A DNA stretch of 62,263 nt, the filler included, from Candidatus Zapsychrus exili (GTDB lineage Bacteria > Omnitrophota > Gorgyraeia > Zapsychrales > Zapsychraceae), in the NCBI GenBank assembly GCA_030765585.1. It is 4 parts of 4 records of this genome, joined end to end, with 100 filler letters (N's around TTAATTAATTAA, not from the genome) between each part and the next. Parts side by side here need not be neighbours in the genome. Positions count along the whole stretch, not along the records: positions 1 to 26,581 come from JAVCCJ010000111.1; 3 more parts are not named here. One strand, 5' to 3'. This document shows, piece after piece, positions 1-11,565 of the stretch. Each line of letters opens with the position of its first letter. Position 1 is the first letter of the stretch. Both the position numbers and the translations under genes were made by a program. The notes under the pieces are model-generated. The model searched no databases. It had not been told where the DNA came from and saw only the letters and a program-made list of their open reading frames with translations.

Positions 1-1032
<1,032 letters not shown>

Positions 1033-1226
1033 TTTATATAATCATAGGTGATAAGTGTAAGGTTGTGAGTAGCTGTAAAATTACTTTCAATCTGACTTAT
1101 CACTTATGAAATATACTTTTTTTATGTTCCTTCTTTTACATAATTGTTAGACATATCGGTAGGGTTTGTTTTAAGTGTTTTTGCTTTTTGCTTAGCACTT
1201 ATAACTTATTTCTTACCACTAGACAT

Positions 1227-1343
1227 ATCGGCGACTTTACTGAGGAGGTAACACCCGTTCCCATTCCGAATACGGAAGTTAAGCTCTTTTAGGTCGATGG
1301 TACTTAGGTCGCAAGGCTTAGGGAGAGTAGAACGTTGCCGGTT
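1227..1343 (+). rRNA. rrf: 5S rRNA
   Basis: ACACCCGTTCCCATTCCGAATACGGAAGTTAAG...GATGGTACT...GGGAGAGTAG; terminal ATCGGCGAC/GTTGCCGGT pairing. Confidence 0.96.
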
Positions 1344-1348
1344 TATTT

Positions 1349-1387
1349 AACCCCGTTAGAAACTTTTGTTTTTAACGGGGTTTTTTT
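1349..1387 (+). terminator. Intrinsic terminator of rRNA operon
   Basis: AACCCCGTTA...TAACGGGG followed by T7. Confidence 0.85.
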
Positions 1388-1483
1388 GTGCTGTAAATTA
1401 TTTAAAAAGATTAGGTGGCAGAGATAATAGGGGTAAAGACAGGGAAGTCTTTAAGTTCGCGCACTGACTTTTATTTACAATTC

Positions 1484-1996
1484 TTATTTGACCGGCTGTA
1501 GTTTGATTTTTACATTTTCGGCAGGGAAGATATAGTAAAAGAATCTTTCATATGCTAGAGGAAATTTGTTGAAAAATTTATGCAAAAAGATTGCTCTGAA
1601 ATTTCTATGAAAAGTGATTTCTTTATACAAACATCGAAATTTCTTTTCTGTAATCCACGTAGCATTTCCTTCCACAAAATCATCTAAAGAGAAATAATTG
1701 TAGTAGGCTTTGTGAAAAGGACTTTTTGAGCACCACGATGTGTGATGTGGAACTTCAATGATAATTTCTCCGTCAGGTTTACAAATCCTAAAAAGCTCTA
1801 CGAGCGCCGTAGAAACATTGTCTAGATGCTCTAATACATGATGCGCAACAATTTCTTTAAAAGTATTATCTTTAAAAGGATAAGGTATTTCCATAAGATT
1901 ATGAACAACATCTGGATTGTGCTTAGGATCAATATCTAACGTTATTGCGTCTTCATTTTTCTTACCAGCGCTTCCGATGACAAGTATTTCTTTCAT
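1484..1996 (-). CDS. Class I SAM-dependent methyltransferase (Methyltransf_11-like)
   Basis: LVIGSAG, LDID, YPFKDNTF, HVLEHL, KPDGEIIIEVPH motifs. Confidence 0.8.
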   Translation of the reverse strand: MKEILVIGSAGKKNEDAITLDIDPKHNPDVVHNLMEIPYPFKDNTFKEIVAHHVLEHLDNVSTALVELFRICKPDGEIIIEVPHHTSWCSKSPFHKAYYNYFSLDDFVEGNATWITEKKFRCLYKEITFHRNFRAIFLHKFFNKFPLAYERFFYYIFPAENVKIKLQPVK

Positions 1997-2107
1997 AGCA
2001 CTCCTTATTGCAAAAGATTTTAATTATTATAACATAAAGATAATAAGTTAAAAGCGAAACGGTTGATTGTTCTCTAATTCATTAGGCCTTTCCTTAAGGT
2101 TTTTTAT

Positions 2108-2154
2108 TTGACATTTTGGTTAGTTATGTTAATATTTAGTATAGCTAACTAAAT
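2108..2154 (+). promoter_or_regulatory. Sigma70-like promoter with overlapping inverted repeat (probable MarR operator)
   Basis: TTGACA at 2108, TGtTAATAT at 2127-2135, palindrome ATTTAGT-N7-ACTAAAT at 2134-2154 upstream of marR. Confidence 0.55.
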
Positions 2155-2242
2155 GAGCGCATAACTTATGCGACTAAAAGGAGCTTAAGTTGTAGGGCGA
2201 ATTTATCCCGACCTCACAAAGTGAATGTCGGAATCTCTTAAT

Positions 2243-2283
2243 GAGATTCCGGTATTCTTGCTTTGCAAGAAACCGGAATGACA
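2243..2283. repeat. TGTCATT/AATGACA-family palindromic repeat (right arm)
   Basis: GAGATTCCGGTATT...AAACCGGAATGACA, near-identical to 8620-8663. Confidence 0.75.
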
Positions 2284-2318
2284 AACAGGACAGAAATGAC
2301 AGATAGAAGGTATTTATA

Positions 2319-2756
2319 ATGGGAAAGACAGAAAAACTAGCAAAAGAAATAGCAACGCTTTTACCGACATATTTAAGGCATGTGTTTCCAGACATGTTTA
2401 GCGCAGTTGATCTTCCGCCGTCACAGCTGATTGCAGTTGTCACACTTGGCGATACTGGTGTATGTCGCCAGAAGGATCTGTGCGAGCAGATGCACGTATC
2501 AGCTCCAACAATAACAGGTATAGTAGACAGGCTAGAGAAATCAGGCCATGTTAAGAGAACTGCAAACAAAGAAGATAGAAGAGCAACAGATATACTTTTA
2601 ACAAAGAAGGGCAATAAAACAGTACAGATATTTTTAAATACAATAGAAAATAAATGGAAGATAATACTAGGTGCATTGCCTAGCTCTGACCAAGAAAATT
2701 ATGTCAGGATATTTTCAAACATAACAAAAGGATTGGCGAGTCATGTTAAAAAATAA
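2319..2756 (+). CDS. MarR-family transcriptional regulator
   Basis: wHTH 'VSAPTITGIVDRLEKSGHVKR...EDRR...LTKKG'. Confidence 0.93.
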   Translation: MGKTEKLAKEIATLLPTYLRHVFPDMFSAVDLPPSQLIAVVTLGDTGVCRQKDLCEQMHVSAPTITGIVDRLEKSGHVKRTANKEDRRATDILLTKKGNKTVQIFLNTIENKWKIILGALPSSDQENYVRIFSNITKGLASHVKK

Positions 2757-4245
2757 AAAAAATATATTTATAATCATTCTACTTATTCTTATTATTTCTG
2801 CACCAGCCTTCTCCTATGAGAAAAAAGATGCAGTTAGTTTAGGGGAAGATTCGCAGGCAGTATATTATGTTTCTTTAGATGAAGTGAGTAAGCTTGCGCT
2901 AGATAACAATTTTGACATTCAACTATCTAAATATGATGCATGGATAGCTCAAACAGATAAGGGAGTATCAGAGTCTATTTATGATGTTATGTTTGATGCT
3001 GAGGCTAAATATGCAAACGATCAAAGCAAACCAGCGTCTGCCACAGCAGCTACAGAGGTAGTTGACAATGATTATAATGTAGGGCTTTCTAAAAAACTTC
3101 CCACAGGTACAACAGTTGATATAGACATGACTAATAATAGACAGTGGACTGATTCATCATCTGCCAGCTCTGCCTTAAGCCATGAGTCAGATTTAGGGTT
3201 AACCATAAGCCAAGAATTGGGTAAGAATTTTTTTGGAATTCAAGATAGAGGCGACGTTAAAGTTAGGGCAATAGATATAGAGAACGCAGAATACACATCT
3301 TTAGAGAAGATAGAAACGAATTTGTCAGAAGTTCAAGCTTCTTATTGGGATTTAGCTTTACAGATTGAAAGAGTGAGGATTAAGGAAGACATGGTTTCTC
3401 AGGCAAAGAAGCTTTATGATTTACATGCAGAAAAGTTTAAAGATGGTCTAGTTGAGAAACCAGAGCTTATCGCATCAGAGGCAAATTATAAAAAAAGAAG
3501 CAATGAGCTGATTTTGGCTCAAAACCAAATCAAGTCAAAAGAAAATGCTTTAAAGCTTCTTCTTAATATATCTGATGATAATATTCATATTGAACCAACA
3601 GAGAAGTTGGATATAGTTTTAAAGGAGCACGATCTTGAAAGTTCTATGAAAGATGCTTTTGAAAGTAGAAGAAATTACAAGAAGGCTTTAAATGATATAA
3701 AATCAAAGGATATAAAATTATCTATGAAGAAAAACAACTTATGGCCTGAAATAAATCTGACTGCTACAATGTCCAGAAATAGACTAGGTGATCATTTTAA
3801 AAGCTCTTCAGAGGATTTAACTGACGAAGATAATCCTTATTTTTATGCAGGACTTAAGGTGTCTTTTCCTATTGGCAATACAGATGCTAAGTCCAAAATG
3901 AAGGCCGCAGAATTAAATAAAGCAAAATCTGTGTTGAATTTAAAGTATATCGAAAGAAAAATTGCGGTTGACATAATAGACAGTGTACGAAATTGCGATG
4001 TTTACAAAGAAACAGCTTCAAATAGCGAACAAATTGCATTGCTTCAAGCAGAAAAATTGAAGGAAGAAGAGAAGCGCTATAATCAGGGAAGATCAGACAC
4101 TGATACTCTCATAAGATTTCAGGAGGACTTGATTCTTGCCGAAGAGTTGTTGTCCACAGAGAAACATCGATACAAAACATCTTTAATAACTTTAGAATTA
4201 AAACAAGGAACGCTTCTTAAAAAGTATTGGGAAGAGGAGTTATAA
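2743..4245 (+). CDS. TolC-family outer membrane efflux protein
   Basis: Signal peptide, 'LDEVSKLALDNNFDI', 'LWPEINL', helical OEP repeats; upstream of RND pump. Confidence 0.88.
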   Translation: MLKNKKNIFIIILLILIISAPAFSYEKKDAVSLGEDSQAVYYVSLDEVSKLALDNNFDIQLSKYDAWIAQTDKGVSESIYDVMFDAEAKYANDQSKPASATAATEVVDNDYNVGLSKKLPTGTTVDIDMTNNRQWTDSSSASSALSHESDLGLTISQELGKNFFGIQDRGDVKVRAIDIENAEYTSLEKIETNLSEVQASYWDLALQIERVRIKEDMVSQAKKLYDLHAEKFKDGLVEKPELIASEANYKKRSNELILAQNQIKSKENALKLLLNISDDNIHIEPTEKLDIVLKEHDLESSMKDAFESRRNYKKALNDIKSKDIKLSMKKNNLWPEINLTATMSRNRLGDHFKSSSEDLTDEDNPYFYAGLKVSFPIGNTDAKSKMKAAELNKAKSVLNLKYIERKIAVDIIDSVRNCDVYKETASNSEQIALLQAEKLKEEEKRYNQGRSDTDTLIRFQEDLILAEELLSTEKHRYKTSLITLELKQGTLLKKYWEEEL

Positions 4246-4248
4246 TTG

Positions 4249-4323
4249 GTAGGGGTGGGCCTTGCGTCCACCCTTTATAGAAATAGTCATTGTTATTTGG
4301 GCGGAGGCAAGCCCCGCCCCTAC
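4249..4323. repeat. REPIN: inverted pair of GTAG-family REP palindromes
   Basis: GTAGGGGTGGGCCTTGCGTCCACCCT ... GGGCGGAGGCAAGCCCCGCCCCTAC; second copy at 36975. Confidence 0.85.
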
Positions 4324-4348
4324 AAAACAAATAAATAAATTAATTATT

Positions 4349-7300
4349 ATGAAACTAGCATCCTTTTCAGTTAAAAATTCAACACTAATAAATTTACTGT
4401 CCGTGCTTATTATATTTATGGGCATGTTTGCTATGTTTGGTTTGCGAAAAGAAGCTTTTCCGCAAGTTGAATATGACATCGTAACTGTTTCAGCTGTTTA
4501 CCCTGGTGCACCGGCCGAAGATGTTGAGAAGTTTGTTACGATTCCTTTAGAAAAAGAAATAAAAGGTATAAGTGGAATTAAAGAGATAACCTCGAAGTCT
4601 GAGGAAAGTGTTTGTGAGATAGGAATAACAATTGATCCAAAGTCGAGCGATAAGAATCAGGTTGTTGATGATATTGAGCGCGCTGTTGATCGTGTACAAA
4701 ATTTGCCAGAGGGAGTTAAAGACGACCCCATTGTGTTTGAAGTACGCAGTAAAGAAATACCTGTACTGGAATTGTCTATAACAGGCGCTGCAACAGAAGA
4801 TGAAAAACGTTTTTATGCAGAGGCATTAGAAGATCAAGTTTTAAATATAAATGGAGTGGCAAAAGTTAGTCGTCTGGGTTGGCGCGATCCAGAATTTCAT
4901 GTTGAGGTTGATCCTGATAAATTAAAGTTTGCACATGTATCAATTAACGAAATAATGCAGGCACTTAAGACTCGAAATATAACTCTTCCCGGAGGACATC
5001 TAAAGACAGATACTCAAGAATTCAATATTCGTACAACAGGTGAGTTTAGAAGTGTTGAGGAAATTGAAAACGTAATAATTCGCGCAAACGATGCAGGTAA
5101 TTGGCTAAGGATAAAAGATGTAGCGCACGTAGTTAAAACTTACGAAGATCTTTGGTCGATATCAAGAACAAACGGAGAGAGATCTCTTGGTATGGTAGTG
5201 GTAAAAAATGAATCAGGCGACATTATAAAAGTAGTTGAGAAGATTACAAAGGTTTTAGATAATTTTAAGAAAAGTTTACCTGACAACATAGAGGTATTAA
5301 TAGCAAACGATATATCTTTTTATGTAAAACGACGTTTGGGCGTTCTAAAAAATAACGGAGCCATAGGTTTTGTCCTAGTCTTGTTAATTCTATTTTTATT
5401 TCTAGATCCGATACCTGCTATTACAACGGCCTTAGGCATTCCAATCGCTTTTTTTGCTACATTCTTTGTCATGAATGCCTTAGGGATTAGCATTAATCTG
5501 GTGTCGATGTTAGGCCTCATTCTAGTTTTAGGTATGATTGTTGACGATGGGATTATCGTGTCTGAAAATGTTTATCGTTATGTTGAGCAAGGCTACTCTC
5601 CAAAAGAAGCGGCTATAAAAGGAACAAGCGAAGTTATAGCGCCTGTAACGGCCACAATCCTAACTACTTTTGCAGCTTTTGGCCCATTACTTTTTATTCC
5701 TGACATTATCGGAAAATTTATAAGAGAAATACCAATAATAGTTATTATTGCACTTGCAGCATCTTTGCTAGAAGCGTTTATAATATTGCCATCACATTTG
5801 GCAGATTTTATTAGAGTAAAAAGTCCTTCAGCTGCAGGACAAGTACGTATTAAGAAAGAAAAAAAGTGGTTTAAAATAATCCGTGATTTCTATATTCGCG
5901 TTTTAAACTTCACACTTCGAAATAAATACAAGGTAATCGCTGGATTGGCAATATTTTTCGTATCTACAATGTTTTTTGCTATTGCTGTGTATAAAATTAA
6001 AGTTGTTCTTTTTACCGGAGAAGGTATAGAAGAATTCTATATAAGAGCTGAGGCTGAAAAAGGAACGTCTCTTGAGCGCATGGAAGAGCTTATGAAGCCT
6101 GTTGAGGGCGCGGTTCAATCTATGCCGAAAGATGATTTGAAATCATTTAGAACACACATAGGAAGCATAGCAGAAGAACACGGATTCGACCCTAATGCTA
6201 AAAAAGGGTCTCATTTGGCTCAATTATCAGTATTCCTGACTCCTATGCAACAGCGCAAGAATGATCCTAAAGAAATAGTAGAGTCTTTGCGTAAGAAAAT
6301 AGATAAGATTGAAGGGCTTGAAAAGATATATTTTTATTCACCTAAAGAAGGTCCTCCAACAGGTCGTGCTATATCTGTAGGCGTTAAGGGAGATAACTTT
6401 GAAACAATGGATGAAATCGCTAATAAAATAGTAGAACATTTAAAAACAATAAAGGGTGTATCTGATGTAAGTTCAAATTATGAGTTAGGTAAAAAAGAAT
6501 TGCGCATTGTTATCGATGAAGAAAAAGCTAAAAAATATTTCTTAACGGTCGATACAATAGCAGCAACTGTTAGATATGCATTTAAAGGTGGAGTAGCGAC
6601 CACTGTTAAGCCTCTTAAAGCAGAAGATGAGGTAGAGGTTTTGGTACGTTTTCCTAAAACAAGTCGTAATGACAGAGAAGATTTTCAAAAAATATTAATC
6701 TCTAATAGTAGAGGGAATCTAGTTCCTTTAAAATCTGTTGCGAAAATAGAGGAAGAAAATGGTCTCTATGCTATTACTCATCTTGATGGTAAGCGTGTAA
6801 TTTGGGTAACTGGCGATGTAGACGGGGAGGATGCTTCTTCATTTGGAGTTAATTTGGAGTTAAAAAAGAAATTTAAAGATGTTCCAGAAAAATATTTGGG
6901 GTATACATTAAAATTTGGCGGAGAATATGAAGAGCAAAAAGAAACACAAGCAAATCTTTTATTCTCACTATTTGTCGCCTTATGTTTGATATTTATAATA
7001 TTGACTGCAATTTTTGGGTCCATGGTTCAACCTTTCATTGTTATGACCGCAATACCTTTTGGTTTTCTAGGAATTATTATTGCGTTTATGGCTCATGGCA
7101 GACCAATAACTTTCTTTGCTTTGATGGGAGCAGTTGGTTTAACAGGAATTGTTGTAAACGATTCTGTCGTTTTAGTTGATTTTATAAATCGCTTAAGAAA
7201 GTCAGGCAAAGGCAGGCGAGAATCTTTAATCGAAGCTGGCAAGACACGACTTCGTCCAGTTTTGATGACAACAATTACAACCATAGGTGGTTTATTGTCT

Positions 7301-7501
7301 GTTGCCTACGGAATAGGCGGCGGTGATCCTTTCTTAAAGCCAATGGGACTTGCAATTATTTGGGGACTTTTCTTCGCAACAGGGCTAACCTTAATTGTTA
7401 TACCTTGTATATATGCAATTATCGATGACATATCTGAGAAGATGTTGCACCATGGTACGGTTAAGTTAGGTGGCAGTGGGGAAATTCCACAGCAAGATTA
7501 A
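4349..7501 (+). CDS. RND efflux permease (AcrB/CzcA-like)
   Basis: GMIVDDGIIVSEN, GIVVNDSVVLVD, RLRPVLMTT; start moved to ATG 4349 because the ORF-track start lies inside the REPIN. Confidence 0.95.
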   Translation: MKLASFSVKNSTLINLLSVLIIFMGMFAMFGLRKEAFPQVEYDIVTVSAVYPGAPAEDVEKFVTIPLEKEIKGISGIKEITSKSEESVCEIGITIDPKSSDKNQVVDDIERAVDRVQNLPEGVKDDPIVFEVRSKEIPVLELSITGAATEDEKRFYAEALEDQVLNINGVAKVSRLGWRDPEFHVEVDPDKLKFAHVSINEIMQALKTRNITLPGGHLKTDTQEFNIRTTGEFRSVEEIENVIIRANDAGNWLRIKDVAHVVKTYEDLWSISRTNGERSLGMVVVKNESGDIIKVVEKITKVLDNFKKSLPDNIEVLIANDISFYVKRRLGVLKNNGAIGFVLVLLILFLFLDPIPAITTALGIPIAFFATFFVMNALGISINLVSMLGLILVLGMIVDDGIIVSENVYRYVEQGYSPKEAAIKGTSEVIAPVTATILTTFAAFGPLLFIPDIIGKFIREIPIIVIIALAASLLEAFIILPSHLADFIRVKSPSAAGQVRIKKEKKWFKIIRDFYIRVLNFTLRNKYKVIAGLAIFFVSTMFFAIAVYKIKVVLFTGEGIEEFYIRAEAEKGTSLERMEELMKPVEGAVQSMPKDDLKSFRTHIGSIAEEHGFDPNAKKGSHLAQLSVFLTPMQQRKNDPKEIVESLRKKIDKIEGLEKIYFYSPKEGPPTGRAISVGVKGDNFETMDEIANKIVEHLKTIKGVSDVSSNYELGKKELRIVIDEEKAKKYFLTVDTIAATVRYAFKGGVATTVKPLKAEDEVEVLVRFPKTSRNDREDFQKILISNSRGNLVPLKSVAKIEEENGLYAITHLDGKRVIWVTGDVDGEDASSFGVNLELKKKFKDVPEKYLGYTLKFGGEYEEQKETQANLLFSLFVALCLIFIILTAIFGSMVQPFIVMTAIPFGFLGIIIAFMAHGRPITFFALMGAVGLTGIVVNDSVVLVDFINRLRKSGKGRRESLIEAGKTRLRPVLMTTITTIGGLLSVAYGIGGGDPFLKPMGLAIIWGLFFATGLTLIVIPCIYAIIDDISEKMLHHGTVKLGGSGEIPQQD

Positions 7502-7935
7502 GCAGTTTTTTTACCAAAAGCATATTTATAAAAAGCTATATACCAGGGAATGTAAATTGATATTGTCGTAATTAAAATAATTACAAATACTTTAGGATTG
7601 AAATAATAGGTAGAGATAATCTCTTTTGTTTCATAAGGATGACCTGCGATATCAAAAATTATTTTAAGTACAAAGATATATCTCCAGAATTTAATAGGCA
7701 GAAATGAAATGTTTTCTATATGCAAATATATAGGTATTAAGCTAATTACGTTTATAATTATTTGCATTAGATTTATAGCATAAGCAAAAATTATAAACGG
7801 ACTAAACGCATTTAGTATTTGAAAATATAAAATAGTAGGTGAGTTCGGCGAGAAAAGTCGATATATTTTTCCCACCACAATAAGTATTATAAAACAAAAA
7901 TATAATTCTAAAGCCCAAGTTTTCTTTGATAGCAT
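7498..7935 (-). CDS. Hypothetical integral membrane protein
   Basis: 145 aa with about four hydrophobic segments. Confidence 0.6.
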   Translation of the reverse strand: MLSKKTWALELYFCFIILIVVGKIYRLFSPNSPTILYFQILNAFSPFIIFAYAINLMQIIINVISLIPIYLHIENISFLPIKFWRYIFVLKIIFDIAGHPYETKEIISTYYFNPKVFVIILITTISIYIPWYIAFYKYAFGKKTA

Positions 7936-8031
7936 AAAAACATTATGACAAATTTAACTTAAAAAAACATCAAAAAATAATTAATAAATTCTTTGATTTT
8001 ATTTTTATTTTTATGTTAATATATATTCATT

Positions 8032-8424
8032 ATGAATCAGGAATTCGATAACGCTATAGAAAAGATCGTTGAAAAAGACGGCAGGTATACAGAAGATGCT
8101 TACGAGTTTGTAATGGAAGCGTTGAGTTATACCCAAAAGAAGTTCAAACGCCTTAAACATGTCTCAGGTGAAGAGATATTGCAAGGTATGAAGGAACTCT
8201 TGCTGGACAAATACGGTCCTATGACAATGACTGTCTTGCAATACTGGGGTATTGATAATACAGAGGATTTTGGAAATATAGTTTTTAATTTGGTTGATAA
8301 CAGAGTCTTAAGTAAAACAGAAGATGATGATATTGAGACTTTTAGAAATGGCTATGATTTTACTGAAGAATTTGAAAGAGGATATAAAGAGAAATTAGAT
8401 AAGAAAATCAGCAGAATGCGATAG
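8032..8424 (+). CDS. Minf_1886-family protein (PVC-associated)
   Basis: 'DGRYTEDAYEFVMEAL...HVSGEEIL...YGPM...VLQYWGI...TEDFGNIVFNLV'. Confidence 0.8.
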   Translation: MNQEFDNAIEKIVEKDGRYTEDAYEFVMEALSYTQKKFKRLKHVSGEEILQGMKELLLDKYGPMTMTVLQYWGIDNTEDFGNIVFNLVDNRVLSKTEDDDIETFRNGYDFTEEFERGYKEKLDKKISRMR

Positions 8425-8469
8425 ATTATAGATAAAGGTGACAGTCACTGTGACAGTCACCTGAACAAA

Positions 8470-8510
8470 CCCCCTTGATAAGCACTAAGCTTGCTAAGGG
8501 GATTTTTTTT
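8470..8510 (+). terminator. Intrinsic terminator
   Basis: CCCCTT...AAGGGG stem followed by T8. Confidence 0.6.
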
Positions 8511-8559
8511 GGTATGATACTATGTTAAAAGTTAAAAGATAAAAGTTAAAAAGAGTCGT

Positions 8560-8663
8560 TGTCATTCCTGTGGAGCGAAGCGGATACAGGAATCTCGTTA
8601 TGATGTTTAAGGAATTTAGGAGATTCCGGTATTTTTGATTTACGCCAAAAAACCGGAATGACA
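8560..8663. repeat. TGTCATTCC...GGAATGACA palindromic repeat
   Basis: TGTCATTCCTGTGGAGCGAAGCGGATACAGGAATCTC ... GAGATTCCGG...CCGGAATGACA; sister copy at 12814. Confidence 0.85.
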
Positions 8664-8693
8664 GATTTGTTGTTGTATTTTACAAGGAATAGT

Positions 8694-10782
8694 ATGAAAA
8701 CAATGTTATCAAATACATCAGTACAATATGTCAAAGGCGTTGGTCCTGCAAAGGCTAAACTTTTTTTGAATTTAGGCATAGAAAACATAGAGGACCTTCT
8801 ATATTTCTTTCCAAGAAGATATCAGGACAGGAGAGATGTAACCAAGCTTGCGGCAGTTAAGATAGGTGAATTTCAGGCTGTTACAGGTGAGGTTGTAAGT
8901 GTTGATTCAAAAAAAAGCTGGCATACAAAGAAACATCTGACAGAGGTTATCATCGACGACAAATCAGGCCGTCTTGTACTTGTTTGGTTTAACCAGCCAT
9001 TTGTAGATAGGTATTTTAAGGTGGGCAAGCATACAGTATGTTTTGGCAAGGTTGATCTCTATAAAGATAGATTGCAGATGGTATCTCCTGAATATGAAAC
9101 ATTTGATTCTGATGATGACAATAGTCTTAGCATAAATTGCATAGTACCTATCTATCCTTTAACAAGAGGTATGACTCAGCGTTTCTTAAGAAGGATTGTA
9201 AGGGCAGCTTTAGATAAGCATAAGGACAGTCTTTTTGATGAATTACCAGTAGCTTTAAGAAATAAATTGAAGCTTGCCAATATAAAGCGAAGCATAGAGA
9301 CTATCCATTTTCCGAACGATTTGTCTGATCAAGAAGATGCTATGAAGCGTATTTCATTTGAAGAGTTTTATTTCTTTCAAATAGCAATAATATTGCGTCG
9401 CTTAAGTATTGTGCAAAAGCAAGGCTTTGGTCATAAGGCAGATGTATTTTCTGAAGAAGAATTTTCGAATTCTTTTGAATTTAATTTAACAGATGCTCAA
9501 AGAAGAGTAATAGTGGAGATAAGTTCTGATATGCAGAAAAAAGAGCCTATGATGAGGTTGCTTCAGGGGGATGTTGGCTCAGGAAAAACGCTGGTTGCTT
9601 TGTTTGGATGCGAACTTGCGGCAAAAAACGGATATCAATCTGCAATAATGGCTCCAACTGAAATTTTAGCGCGTCAGCATTATGATAATATTGTACGCAT
9701 GGTAGAGGCAGGCATACTTAAAAATGTAAAGCCAGCTCTTCTTATAAGCGGATTAAAGAAGGCAGTGAAAGAAGGCCTTTATAGGCAGATTGAGAACGGA
9801 GATGTGAATTTAGTTGTAGGCACTCATGCGCTTATAAGTGAAGCCGTTAATTTTAAGAATTTAAGTTATGTGGTAATTGATGAGCAACATAAGTTTTGGA
9901 GTTCGTCAGCGTGCATTGTTAAGCGAAAAAGGAACAAATCCAGATGTTCTTATAATGACCGCGACTCCAATACCAAGAACATTATGTATAACGCTTTACG
10001 GAGATATGGATGTTTCTGTTATAGATCAAATGCCTTCTGGACGTGGGAAAATTGAGACAGAACGGTTTGATGAAGAGAGTGCAGAAGAAGTTTATAATAT
10101 TGTCAAAGAAAATGTATCTTTGGGTCATCAGGCATATATTGTTTATCCTATTATTGAAGAGTCAGAGAAACTAGATTTAAAAGCTGCTGAAGATATGTAT
10201 TGGAAATTTAAAAAAAGTAATTTTAAAGGATTACGCGTTGGTCTTGTTCATGGGCAAATGAAACAAAATGAGTCGCAAGATATTATGCAAAAGTTTAAAG
10301 ACCATCAAATTGACATTCTTGTTGCAACATCTGTTTTAGAGGTTGGTATTGACGTACCAAATGCAACTGTTATGGTAATAGAACATGCAGATAGGTTTGG
10401 CTTAGCACAGCTTCATCAGCTAAGAGGTAGAGTAGGAAGAGGAGCTCAAGATTCTCTTTGTCTTTTAATATCAAATTCCACTACAGAGGATTCGCACAGG
10501 AGACTTAAAGCAATAGTCTCGACTATAGATGGATTTAAAATAGCGCAGGAAGATCTTTTAATTCGTGGTCCAGGACATTTTTTTGGACGTCATCAGCATG
10601 GACTTAATGAACTAAAAGTCGCAAATCCGGTGACGCAAATAGATATTTTAGAGCTCGCAAGAAAAGAGGCATTGGAACTAACTAAAGAAGATCCAAAGCT
10701 AGAAAAAGAAGACAACAGAATTATCAAAAGAATAGTAAGAAGAAGATACCCAAACTATTTGGCTATGGCTAAGGCAGGGTAA
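8694..10782 (+). CDS. recG: ATP-dependent DNA helicase RecG, frameshifted near 9894
   Basis: LLQGDVGSGKT, DEQHKF | GVRQR, MTATPIPRTL, QLHQLRGRVGR; extra T in AAGTTTTGGA splits the two ORFs. Confidence 0.95.
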
Positions 10783-10825
10783 AACAAAGCTTAAAGGATA
10801 AGACGTAAGTAAAAATAAAAAATGT

Positions 10826-10914
10826 TGTCATTGCGAGAAGCTGATCAATGAATCAGAGCGACGAAGCAATCTCAATAAAAGGGATTGCTTCGTCACTCCG
10901 TTTCTCGCAATGAC
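10826..10914. repeat. TGTCATTGCGAG...CTCGCAATGAC palindromic repeat
   Basis: GTCATTGCGAG..GACGAAGCAATCTC / GGGATTGCTTCGTC..CTCGCAATGAC inverted arms. Confidence 0.85.
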
Positions 10915-10946
10915 TAAAATGATGAATACAGAAGAAAGGGAATTTC

Positions 10947-11516
10947 TTGAAAATAACAGGTGGTAAGTATAAAAATCGTAATATCTATATATCAGCAGAT
11001 ATAAGACCGACGCAGCATGTTACAAGAAAAGCCATATTTGATATTTTAGGTCATGATTTTGAGGGCTTAAGAGTGCTCGAACTTTGCGCAGGAAGTGGCG
11101 CTATAGGTATTGAGGCATTATCAAGGGGGGCTCGCGAAGTGGTTTTTGTTGAAAAAGACCCAAAAGTTTATAAAATTATCCACGATAATTTAGATATATT
11201 ATCAGTTTCGCCTAATGAAGAGGGCGATATGCCATATGAGACAATGAACCTAGATATGTTTGTGGCAATTAAAATGTTGGCAAAAAAAGGTGAGAAATTT
11301 GATGTCATTGTTTTTGACCCCCCTTACGGTAGGGAATTGGCTAAAAAGGTCTTGAAAACGCTAGACAGCTATGATATATTACACCGCAATTGCATACTAG
11401 TTGCACAGCATCCTAAGGATGAAGCTCTACCCGAAGAAGAGGGTAGATTTCTTATTTTTAAGCAAAAGAAGTATGGCAGGACTCTTTTAAGTCTATATAA
11501 AATAAAAGATAATTAA
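10947..11516 (+). CDS. rsmD: 16S rRNA m2G966 methyltransferase RsmD
   Basis: KITGGKYK, IRPT, AGSGAIGIEALSRGA, DPPY; recG-rsmD-coaD synteny; TTG start. Confidence 0.93.
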   Translation: MKITGGKYKNRNIYISADIRPTQHVTRKAIFDILGHDFEGLRVLELCAGSGAIGIEALSRGAREVVFVEKDPKVYKIIHDNLDILSVSPNEEGDMPYETMNLDMFVAIKMLAKKGEKFDVIVFDPPYGRELAKKVLKTLDSYDILHRNCILVAQHPKDEALPEEEGRFLIFKQKKYGRTLLSLYKIKDN

Positions 11517-11565
11517 TAATTAATAATTATAATATAATTAATATTAAAAATAATAAGTTAAGACA

